64,000 bases of DNA, from contig JBGANV010000008.1 of the NCBI GenBank assembly GCA_044222185.1, positions 224,001-288,000 on the forward strand. Reading direction: 5' to 3'. Position 1 is the stretch's first letter. Each line of letters starts with the position of its first letter. The DNA comes from Planctomycetota bacterium (GTDB lineage Bacteria > Planctomycetota > GCA-002687715 > CAIWVZ01). The notes beneath the pieces were generated by a model that worked only from the letters and a program-made list of their open reading frames with translations, did not search any database and was not told the DNA's origin. Below, one piece after another: positions 55,773 to 64,000 of this stretch. A program made the position numbers and the translations under genes.

Positions 55773-58700
55773 TTCGGCGAACCCCCCGTCGCGACGGCAG
55801 AAACCCGCGGCTTCGGCACGCCAGCGCGAAGCGCGAGATCTCGCCACCGCTCCCAGAGCGCCTTCCACGTCGTCCGTGCGCCCTCGTCCTGAGTCGCGCC
55901 CCACTCGCTCGTCGACGTCCGCAGGAGCGGTCCCGGATCCGTCCACGACGAGAGCTTCGTGCGAATTTCTTCGTCGCTCGATGCACCGCCGTCGAGATCA
56001 TCCTCCCGGGCCGACAGCTCCTGCCGGAGCCAGAGGAGGGCACGATCGCGCAGTTCCGCACGCTCTCGGGCGTCAGGTGGGGCATCGACGGCCTCGCCGG
56101 CCGCGGCCGCGAGCGCCGATCGTGCCGCGGTCACCAGCAGGGTCTTCGTGCGGTCACGCGCGATCGAGGGCTCCGCCTCGAGTGCCGCGCCGTAGAGACG
56201 CGCGGCCTCCGAGTGCCGGCGTTTCGGCCGACACACGGAGCCAGCCAGGAGGACGCGTTCGCCAGGAGTCGGCGCGGGCCCCCTGCCGGCGCGAACCTCA
56301 TCAAGCCGATCTTCCAGTTCGACGAGCCGCTCCGCGTCGTCGATCCAGCTCTGCGAGGGGAACTTCCAGTCCTGCCGGCGCGACGCCAGCTCGTGGCCCG
56401 TCCGCAGTTGCACCAGCGCCTCGTGGAACCGGCCGAGACGAACGAAGGCGAGTCCCAGGTTGCAGTGTGCATTCGCGTCGTCGGCATCGAGGCGCAGCGC
56501 CTCCTCCAGGATCGGCACGGCCTCGTCGGCGCCACCGGCGTCCTTCAACTGCACGGCCAGGTTGTTCCGGATCGGCACGGACCACGGCGCGCTTGCCAAG
56601 GCCTTGCGCGAGACGTCGATCGCCGCGTTCAGCTCCCCCTTCTTTTGGAGCGTGAGCCCCAGGTTCGAGAGGGCCTCGGCGAAGTCGGGTCGCAGTTCGA
56701 TGGCCTTGCGGTACGCGGCGATCGCGCCGTCCAGGTTCTGGCTCCGGCCGAGTGCCATGCCGAGATTGCACCAGCCGTCTGGGAAATCCGGCGACTGCCG
56801 CGTCAGCGTTTCGAAGGCGCCGCGCGCGGCGTCGAGGCCCTTCGTCTGCCAGAGACACATCGCGATTCCGTTCGCGTCCTCGGGTCGGCCCGGACGGAGC
56901 GCCATCGACTTGCGAAGGGCTTCCTCCGCAGCCTGGGGCTGGCCGAGTTTCATGCGGCAGAGTCCGAGCATCGACCATCCATCGGCGCCGTCCGGCCGGA
57001 GGTTCACGACGGTCTCGGCCTCGTGAAGCGCCTCCTTCGGCAGGCCCATGCCCAGATGGATCGTGGCGAGATAGAGGTGACCGGAAGCGCTCTCGGGAAG
57101 TCGTCGAAGGCCGTCGCGAACGATGGGCAGTGCATCGCCGAGCGCGCCGGTCAGCGTCAGCGCGAACCCTGCGCGCAGGAGTGCCATCGCCGACGTCGGC
57201 CATCGCGCCACGAGCGTGCGGGCGACGCGCTCGGCCGCCGCACGATCCCCGGCATGACCCGCCGCGTACGCGAGCTGGTACAGGTAGAACGCGCGATCGG
57301 AACCGGGCATCAGCATGGCCCGCTCGAGATGATCGAGAGCACGCCGCGAGGCATCGCTGCGATCGGCGGTGGCGCGCGACATCTCCGTGCATCCGGCGAG
57401 GAACAGGTCGAGGCCCGTCGCGGGCGCGGGGATCGTACGCGCGAGTGCGTCGGCCCCGGTGGCATCGCCGGTCGCGCGGAGCGCCTCCACCTGCACTCGC
57501 AGCAGCGCGGGCGTTCGGCCGTCGAATGATCGAAGCAGGCCGAGCGAGCCTGCCGCATCGCCCGCGCGCAACTTGGTCAGAGCCAGGCCGGCGCGTGCCT
57601 CGACGGAACGGGCGTTCAGCGAGACCGCCTGCTCGAACGCCGCGGCAGCCTGATCCCACCGCTCCTCTCCCAGCTGGAAGTACCCGTCTTCCAGCATGGC
57701 CTCGACGCGATCATCGAGCTTGCGCGCCGCCGTGGCCTCCACGTCGTCTCGCGTCATCACGGAGTACGTGGCGAGCGACGCAACGAGCGGGAGGAGCGTG
57801 AGCAGAGTCACGGCGAGGGTGGCCTTCACCGGTTCTCGTCGCGCCCACCGCCAGAGCCTCGCCGCGGTGGAGATCGGACGCACGGCGACGGGGCGGCCGG
57901 CGAGCACGGCTTCCAGGTCATCCGCGAGCGCCGTGGCGGAGACGTACCGGCTCGCCGGCTCCTTGGCCATGGCCGTCGCGATGACGGTCGCGAGATCCTG
58001 CGGCACCTCCGGGTTGCAGCGCCGCGGATCCTGCGGCTCGTCCTCGCGGATGCACCGGTAGAGCTCGAGAGTCGTCGCGGCGTCGAACGGTCTCCGACCC
58101 GCGACACACTCGTAGAGGATGACGCCGAGCGCGTAGACGTCCGTGCGCCGGTCCGTCGCGCCGCTCCCATGGGAGACCTGTTCAGGCGCCATGTACGCCG
58201 GCGTGCCGAAGATCGCGTTCGTCTGCGTCAGGGCCTCGCCCGGTTCATCGGTTCGCGCGAGCCCGAAATCGAGGATCACGGGCTGACCATCGGGGCCGAT
58301 CATGACGTTCGCAGGCTTCAGATCGCGGTGGAGCACGCCGGCCTCGTGAGCGGCCTGCAACGTCCGGGCGAGGGTCGCGACCTGGCGCACGCGCGTGAGG
58401 ATGGTGCTGCGCGCAGGGACGCGACGTGCTGAGCGTTCCGAATGCAGGCCAGCGGCCAACGTTTCGCCGGCGAGGAAGCGCATGGCGATGTACGGCAGTC
58501 CGTCCTCCACACTGGCTTCGAATACCGTGCAGATGCCGGGATGATCCAATCGCGACGCGATCAAGGCCTCGCGACGAAAGCGCTCGAGGCGCTCCGCTGC
58601 GGCGAACCACGGGGCTCGCAGGAGCTTCAACGCGACGAGGCGATCCAGACGCGTGTCGCGAGCGAGATGCACCTCGCTCTGTCCCCCGCGTCCCAGCTCA

Positions 58701-58939
58701 CGAACGAGGCGATAGGGCCCGAGTCGCACCGGTTCAGCGCCCGCCGGCTGCGGAGTGGCCGATCGGTGCGTCGGGACATCCCCTGGAGGTGCGGCGGCCG
58801 TCAACAGGGGCTCGAGGAGGTCTCGCAGGTCAGGGTTGGCCGTGAGCAGATCCGGGTCGGTAGCAGAGCTCGACCGGTTCAGCGCGATCTCGACGGCACG
58901 GGCGAGGCGGTCGAGGGGATCTCGAGAGGCGGGCGGCAC
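55769..58939 (-). CDS. Hanks-type Ser/Thr protein kinase with TM and TPR repeats
   Basis: LGRGGQSEV, VALK, HRDLKPAN, DFGLA, GTPAYMAPE, DVYALG; canonical TPRs (AIAAYRKAIELRPDFAEALSNLG). GTG 58939 inferred from the promoter. Confidence 0.93.
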   Translation of the reverse strand: MPPASRDPLDRLARAVEIALNRSSSATDPDLLTANPDLRDLLEPLLTAAAPPGDVPTHRSATPQPAGAEPVRLGPYRLVRELGRGGQSEVHLARDTRLDRLVALKLLRAPWFAAAERLERFRREALIASRLDHPGICTVFEASVEDGLPYIAMRFLAGETLAAGLHSERSARRVPARSTILTRVRQVATLARTLQAAHEAGVLHRDLKPANVMIGPDGQPVILDFGLARTDEPGEALTQTNAIFGTPAYMAPEQVSHGSGATDRRTDVYALGVILYECVAGRRPFDAATTLELYRCIREDEPQDPRRCNPEVPQDLATVIATAMAKEPASRYVSATALADDLEAVLAGRPVAVRPISTAARLWRWARREPVKATLAVTLLTLLPLVASLATYSVMTRDDVEATAARKLDDRVEAMLEDGYFQLGEERWDQAAAAFEQAVSLNARSVEARAGLALTKLRAGDAAGSLGLLRSFDGRTPALLRVQVEALRATGDATGADALARTIPAPATGLDLFLAGCTEMSRATADRSDASRRALDHLERAMLMPGSDRAFYLYQLAYAAGHAGDRAAAERVARTLVARWPTSAMALLRAGFALTLTGALGDALPIVRDGLRRLPESASGHLYLATIHLGMGLPKEALHEAETVVNLRPDGADGWSMLGLCRMKLGQPQAAEEALRKSMALRPGRPEDANGIAMCLWQTKGLDAARGAFETLTRQSPDFPDGWCNLGMALGRSQNLDGAIAAYRKAIELRPDFAEALSNLGLTLQKKGELNAAIDVSRKALASAPWSVPIRNNLAVQLKDAGGADEAVPILEEALRLDADDANAHCNLGLAFVRLGRFHEALVQLRTGHELASRRQDWKFPSQSWIDDAERLVELEDRLDEVRAGRGPAPTPGERVLLAGSVCRPKRRHSEAARLYGAALEAEPSIARDRTKTLLVTAARSALAAAAGEAVDAPPDARERAELRDRALLWLRQELSAREDDLDGGASSDEEIRTKLSSWTDPGPLLRTSTSEWGATQDEGARTTWKALWERWRDLALRAGVPKPRVSAVATGGSPK

Positions 58940-58947
58940 AACGCGCG

Positions 58948-58976
58948 AGTCTAGGCCGCGTTGCGTCGGGCGGCAA
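58948..58976 (-). promoter_or_regulatory. Putative sigma70-type promoter of the kinase-ECF operon
   Basis: Minus strand reads TTGCCG-N17-TAGACT, 8 nt before GTG 58939, with no SD sequence. Confidence 0.55.
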
Positions 58977-59156
58977 GCGCGGCGAGGAGTCGCAGCCAAG
59001 CCACGTCAGTGCTCACGCCACACGACCTCGCGGGTTTTTCCCAGGGGCTGTTCGCTCTCCCCCACGACCTCCGCTGAACCCCATGAGAGCCTCCCGGCCT
59101 GGGGCGCAAATCCCCCTCCCGTCGCGGGCAGGCGCAGCAATTCCCGGAGATCAGCC

Positions 59157-62100
59157 ATGCAACGCCCATCCATACCCATGCTCGTCGTCCTGACGGTTTG
59201 TGCGGCCGCACCCGGCCAACAGGCCCCACTTTCGGTCAATGCCTTCAACTGGCCCGTGGCAAGCGCGGTCCTTGCGAACACGGGGTCGGCGCCGGCCGCG
59301 GTCTGGTCGACGACCATCAACCTGCCCGGCGTGACGTCGATTCAGATCGCGTTCGGCGACGTGAACCTCGGATCCGAACTCGACCACGTGCTGATCCGAG
59401 ATCCGCACACGAACGACTCCCAGATCCTGGATCCGCTGCGGCTGAAGCAATGGTCCAACCAGAGTGCCTGGTTCAACTCCAATCTCCTCGTCGTCGAACT
59501 GTGGGCGTCACCCGGCTCTACGGTCAGCGCAAGCATCGACCATCTGCTTTGCGGCGTCGGGCCTGTTGGGCCGGACAGCCTGTGTGATTCGGACAACCGC
59601 GTCCCGGCAGCCACGGCGTTCGTGTGCCGATTCATCTCGTCGAGCTCGGCGACGGCCGGCGGGAGCTCGGGTTTCATGATGCACGCCCCGAACGTGGTTC
59701 AGGGTGGCATGGTCGTCTGCGGCCAGGGCGCGAGCGTCGGCGGGAGCATCGTCATCGCCGAGTTCAACGTTCCGCCGTCGAACAGCTCGGGTTCGATCGT
59801 TCACCCTCCGGTGGCCGACCAATATCCCGTCGACCAGACGTCGATCCTGTCCGCCAACACGGGTGTCGGAAACAACTGGGCCGTGATGCGACTGCACCCG
59901 AACTCGAGCGGACAGACCGTCGATGGCCGCCAGGGCGTCGGCTTGAGTCAGGCCGCGTCCATTCCGGGGCTCACCACGCAGCTCCAGATCAACAGCTTCG
60001 GTGCCGACACGACCGCGTCACGCAATTTCGCGGAACAGACGGACCACGGCCCGTTCACGTTCGTGCTCGGGGACACGATCTCGTATTGGGTCGACACGGA
60101 CACGGGGAGCGCCGGCGCGCCCGTCCTCGTCGACTCGACCAATGAAGTCATTGCGATCCACACGACCGGTGGATGCAATCCGGCTCTCGGTCAGTCCAAC
60201 AACGGCACGAGCATCCTCAATGCCAACCTGCAGTCGGCCATCGCGGCGACGAAGACGTGCCAGACGATCCTCGCGGTGACGCCAGGGCAGAGCGCGGCGA
60301 CCAACCTCGCCTGTTCGCCTCGTGCACTCGCGATCACTCCGTCCAATTCGAGCTGGAATGTCGTCGCCGTGATCGGTGCCTACAGTTCGGCGGGTGACGA
60401 TCTGGACCTGGAAATCGATGGCGTGACGAGCAGTCAGGCGAACGGGCTCTGCGACTTCCTGATCTCGAATGGCAACCTCAATCCGAACCTCGCGCCGGTA
60501 TCCGGTTACGTGCACCGGAGTGGATCGCCGGGTGAATCCCGCGTGCAATTCGACACCGCGACGACGTTGGCGATCGGGTCGTCGACGACGTTGGGTTGGA
60601 ACATCACGAACGGAGTTCGCGCGCTCGCCCGCATCGTCGAGTTCAACGTCGCGACGGCAGGCACCTACGACGTCACGGTCGCGGGTCCTTTCGGCCTGAA
60701 GTGGCGCCTCTATGCGCCGGGCTCGACGACCGCGTGGCGGCCGCGGAGTGAGGCCGCGCTCGCCTCCGGGACCGTCGGCGGCAACACGGTCGACTCCGTA
60801 TCGCTTGGCGTCGGGTGGCACGCCATCGTGATCTTCGAAGACTTCTCGGGCTCGTTCGGACTGTCGCCCGTCTTCGGGATCTCGCATGCGTTCCCTGAAA
60901 CCGTCTCGGTAGCCATTGCGGCGGCGTCGCCGGACATCGCGCTGACCGCGAACGGGGGCGCCGTCGGCGTGCCGTCATTGCCTGCGGGCCAGGACTTCTC
61001 GCTGACCCCCGCCGCGAACGTCTGGAATGCGGTTGCACTCACGACGCCGCCAAACCAGTTTCTGTTCGGCAACTGGAATCTGTTCCTGGGCCCGGCGCAG
61101 TCGCGCAACGGGACCGGCCTGCTCGACTTCGCGGTGGCGAACGGGCATCTGGGTGCCATCCCGACGAGTGAAGGTGCCGTCGCGCGCGCGTCCGGCATCC
61201 TCGGCGCGACCATGCAGCACGTGACTGAGCTGGCTTCGGGCGCAACGGAGCAGCTCGCAACGGGCCGGATGATCGCCGTGGAGCCGCTGACGCCATCGTC
61301 GGGCCTGCGGCGCGTGCTCGTCACCGGCGGTGGCGGCGCTTCGGCCATGCGGTGGTACGTGATGAATTCGCTCGAGGAGCATTGGATGGGACCCGACGAA
61401 GCCGCGGCAACGGACGTGGTCGGTGGAACCTTCCATTCAGTAACGCTCGACAGCGCAGCGCTGGTCGTCGTCAGCGATGACGGGCCGGTGTCCGCCGCCA
61501 GGCCATACACGGCGCACGTGACGACGCAGGGTGTCGCCGCGTCGTTCACGACGCTGGGTCAGAAGCTGGCGGTGACCACCGACCGGCTGGTGTCCGTGAC
61601 GCCGTCGGTGAACAACTGGAACGCCTTCGGTGTCGTGGGGCCGGCCGGAACGAACTGGGATGCGTTCATCGCCACGGGCGAGTCTCAATCGGCTTCAGGG
61701 CTCGCGGATTTCGTGATCGCCGACGGGCACGCGGGCACCATCGCAGTGACCGACGGGATCGTCGAGCGACGCGCCGGAACGGGCACCGGCACGCTCCAGC
61801 TCGCGAGCATCGTGACGGCATCCCTGTTCACGCCGACCTCCGTGAGTTTCCAGACTGGGACGCCGGACGACATCATCAAGATCGTGCAGTTCGACGTCAC
61901 GACGCCGGGGAACCACTCGATAACCGTCAACGGCGCCGCAGCGTCATGGGCACTGTTCCGACCGCGGTCGGACTCACAGTGGGTATCGCGGGCCGATGCC
62001 GATTTCTCCGGCACGAGCGGGAGCGGCGCAGCCACGGTCGCTCTGCCGACGAGCGGAACCCACGCGCTCGTCATCTTCGGCGATGCGGCCGGACCTGCCG

Positions 62101-64000
62101 GGTCGGTCACCGTCACGGTCGTTCCTCCGTCTCCCGTTCCATTCCTCTCGATCGTGCTCCCCAACAGCACGACGGCCGGCTCGGGCGGAGGAACCATCGC
62201 GCTGACCGGGAGCGGCTTCACGCCGACGAGCAGCGTGCACTTCGGCGCTACGGCGATCCCCACGACGTTCGTCTCGAGCATCAGCCTGCAAGCGAACATT
62301 CCGGCGGGCCTGTTGGCGACCGGCGGCATCGTGCCGGTGACCGTGGTCAACCCTGCCCCGGGGGGCGGGAGTTCGCCCGCGGTGAACTTCACGATCAACA
62401 ACCCGTCGCCATCACTCGTGAGCGTGAGCCCGGCGAACGTTACGGCGCTCGGCAGTACGTTCACGCTTGCGGTCAGCGGCTCTCAATTCAATTCTCAGAG
62501 TGTCGTGCGATGGAACGGCGTCAACCTGACGACCGGGCTGGTGAACACCACGCAACTTTCGGCGACGGTTCCCGCAAGCCTCATCGCCCAACCGGGAACG
62601 GCCGCCGTCACGGTGTTCAACCCGACGCCGGCCGGTGGAAGCTCGGCGCCGCAAACCGTGACGATCTTCGCACCGGGTCCCGGGCTCGTCTCATTGTCGC
62701 CGTCGCAAATCGATGCGCTGTCTCCGGCCTTCACGATGACCGTCAATGGTCTGGCGTTCGTCAACACCAGCGTGGTGAGGTGGAATGGCGCGTCGATCCC
62801 GACGACGTTCGTATCCGCAACGCAGCTCACGGCGCAGGTATCTGCAGCCCTGTTATCGAGTGGCGGGTTCGCCACCGTCACCGTGTTCACGCCGCCGCCG
62901 AGCGGAGGAAGCTCCAATGCACTCACCTTCCTGATCAACAACCCACTGCCGGTCGTCAATTCCGTCGCCCCATCCGTCGTCACGGCAGGCGGCGCCGCGT
63001 TCACGATCACCGTCACCGGTAGCTCTTTCGTCCCCGCGAGCGTTGCGCAGTTCAACGGGACACCGCTCACGACGACGGTGAACACCTCCACGAGTCTCAC
63101 GGCATCGGTTCCGGCGACGCTGATCGCAGCCGCCGGGCAGGCACAGGTGACCGTCACGAGCCCGGCGCCGGCTGGCGGATCGTCGGGGTCCGCGAACGTT
63201 ACGGTGCAGAATCCGGCCCCGATCGCGGCAGCATCCAGCCCGGCATTCTTGCTTGCCGGGTCTGCCGGTGGATCGGTCGCGTTGAGTGGGTCGGGGTTCA
63301 CGGTGCAAAGCGTCGTGAAGCTCGACGGCGTCGCGCTCGCCACGTCGTTTGCGTCGGCGACGCAGCTGAATGCATCGATCCCGGCGAACCTCCCACTTCC
63401 CGCACGAGCCGCGACGCTCGCGGTGCTCAATCCGGGACCCGGTGGCGGGTTGTCGGCGGGTCTCGCGTTCCTGGTGAAGGCGCCACACATCGCGACGATT
63501 TCCCCGACGGTCATCAGTCCGCTGACCACGGGTGGCCCGTCGGCGACGGTGACGCTCACGGGATCGGACTTCGTGAATGGCTCGGTCGTCTACGCGAATC
63601 AAACCGCACTCGTGACGACGTTCGTGTCGGCGACGCAACTGACGGCGACGGTGCCGTCGACTCTCGCGGTGGCGCGTCAGGCGGGCGGAATCGCCATCGG
63701 GGTGGAGAGTTTCGGCACGGCGGATTCGAATACCGTGGCGCTCGAGGTCACTCACCACCAGAATCGCGGAACGCTCGATACGACGCCGCTCGGGCCGGCA
63801 CCGGGTGAGGTGTTCTCGATCCTGCTGGAGGGTGGCGTCGCAAACGCGCCATTCACGCTGCTTCTCGATGGCGCCAACATCACGCCGATCGTTCCGTTCC
63901 CGGATCCGACTTCGGACTTCGTGCTCTCCGTGAATCTCGGCACCATGAGCGCGATCGTCGACGGCATCGGGCTCCTCGGCACGCCAAGCCTGATCTCGCT
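59157..64000 (+). CDS. Large secreted trypsin-fold protein (catalytically dead paralog of 32283..36977) with repeats and IPT/TIG domains; 3'-partial
   Basis: Not in the ORF track, consistent with having no stop in the window. GGAG RBS and MQRPSIPMLVVLTVCAAAPGQ. Manual translation of the N-terminal part and spot checks at 62100 and 63900 stay in one frame and are collinear with the paralog (LKQWSNQSAWFN, IAEFN, ADQYPVDQT, RLHPNSSG, FVLSV..DGIG). Confidence 0.88.
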   Translation, partial: MQRPSIPMLVVLTVCAAAPGQQAPLSVNAFNWPVASAVLANTGSAPAAVWSTTINLPGVTSIQIAFGDVNLGSELDHVLIRDPHTNDSQILDPLRLKQWSNQSAWFNSNLLVVELWASPGSTVSASIDHLLCGVGPVGPDSLCDSDNRVPAATAFVCRFISSSSATAGGSSGFMMHAPNVVQGGMVVCGQGASVGGSIVIAEFNVPPSNSSGSIVHPPVADQYPVDQTSILSANTGVGNNWAVMRLHPNSSGQTVDGRQGVGLSQAASIPGLTTQLQINSFGADTTASRNFAEQTDHGPFTFVLGDTISYWVDTDTGSAGAPVLVDSTNEVIAIHTTGGCNPALGQSNNGTSILNANLQSAIAATKTCQTILAVTPGQSAATNLACSPRALAITPSNSSWNVVAVIGAYSSAGDDLDLEIDGVTSSQANGLCDFLISNGNLNPNLAPVSGYVHRSGSPGESRVQFDTATTLAIGSSTTLGWNITNGVRALARIVEFNVATAGTYDVTVAGPFGLKWRLYAPGSTTAWRPRSEAALASGTVGGNTVDSVSLGVGWHAIVIFEDFSGSFGLSPVFGISHAFPETVSVAIAAASPDIALTANGGAVGVPSLPAGQDFSLTPAANVWNAVALTTPPNQFLFGNWNLFLGPAQSRNGTGLLDFAVANGHLGAIPTSEGAVARASGILGATMQHVTELASGATEQLATGRMIAVEPLTPSSGLRRVLVTGGGGASAMRWYVMNSLEEHWMGPDEAAATDVVGGTFHSVTLDSAALVVVSDDGPVSAARPYTAHVTTQGVAASFTTLGQKLAVTTDRLVSVTPSVNNWNAFGVVGPAGTNWDAFIATGESQSASGLADFVIADGHAGTIAVTDGIVERRAGTGTGTLQLASIVTASLFTPTSVSFQTGTPDDIIKIVQFDVTTPGNHSITVNGAAASWALFRPRSDSQWVSRADADFSGTSGSGAATVALPTSGTHALVIFGDAAGPAGSVTVTVVPPSPVPFLSIVLPNSTTAGSGGGTIALTGSGFTPTSSVHFGATAIPTTFVSSISLQANIPAGLLATGGIVPVTVVNPAPGGGSSPAVNFTINNPSPSLVSVSPANVTALGSTFTLAVSGSQFNSQSVVRWNGVNLTTGLVNTTQLSATVPASLIAQPGTAAVTVFNPTPAGGSSAPQTVTIFAPGPGLVSLSPSQIDALSPAFTMTVNGLAFVNTSVVRWNGASIPTTFVSATQLTAQVSAALLSSGGFATVTVFTPPPSGGSSNALTFLINNPLPVVNSVAPSVVTAGGAAFTITVTGSSFVPASVAQFNGTPLTTTVNTSTSLTASVPATLIAAAGQAQVTVTSPAPAGGSSGSANVTVQNPAPIAAASSPAFLLAGSAGGSVALSGSGFTVQSVVKLDGVALATSFASATQLNASIPANLPLPARAATLAVLNPGPGGGLSAGLAFLVKAPHIATISPTVISPLTTGGPSATVTLTGSDFVNGSVVYANQTALVTTFVSATQLTATVPSTLAVARQAGGIAIGVESFGTADSNTVALEVTHHQNRGTLDTTPLGPAPGEVFSILLEGGVANAPFTLLLDGANITPIVPFPDPTSDFVLSVNLGTMSAIVDGIGLLGTPSLIS

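Noticed and set aside
1-64000. Mobile elements, prophage, defence systems, rRNA/tRNA
   Set aside because: I recognised no transposase, integrase, phage, nuclease or structural-RNA signatures, and saw no obvious compositional island.

Overview
This is a very GC-rich, gene-dense bacterial window. The gene repertoire suggests an uncultured Planctomycetota-like genome, which is an inference: ECF sigma factors paired with Hanks kinases, an ECF fused to a long extracytoplasmic tail, a MoxR-DUF58-transglutaminase operon, a PAC2 protein, and many large secreted proteins with a shared C-terminal beta domain. About 37 CDSs are supportable, and I found no rRNA, tRNA, CRISPR array or mobile element. Five features stand out. 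(1) An exported TlpA/thioredoxin-fold selenoprotein (W-UGA-GPC plus a SECIS-like hairpin) is split in two by the ORF track and lies in a cluster with two pentaheme cytochromes c and an ECF fusion. (2) Two giant paralogous secreted trypsin-fold proteins are present; the second is missing from the ORF track, runs off the window, and has lost all three catalytic residues. (3) A structured leader with an RBS-sequestering stem and a competing helix precedes an ankyrin-repeat gene. (4) A recurring C-terminal domain on unrelated secreted proteins is a candidate sorting signal. (5) A vanadium haloperoxidase is cut off at a C14 tract just before its last catalytic motif, probably an assembly junction. 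All functional calls come from motif recognition by eye; no searches were run.
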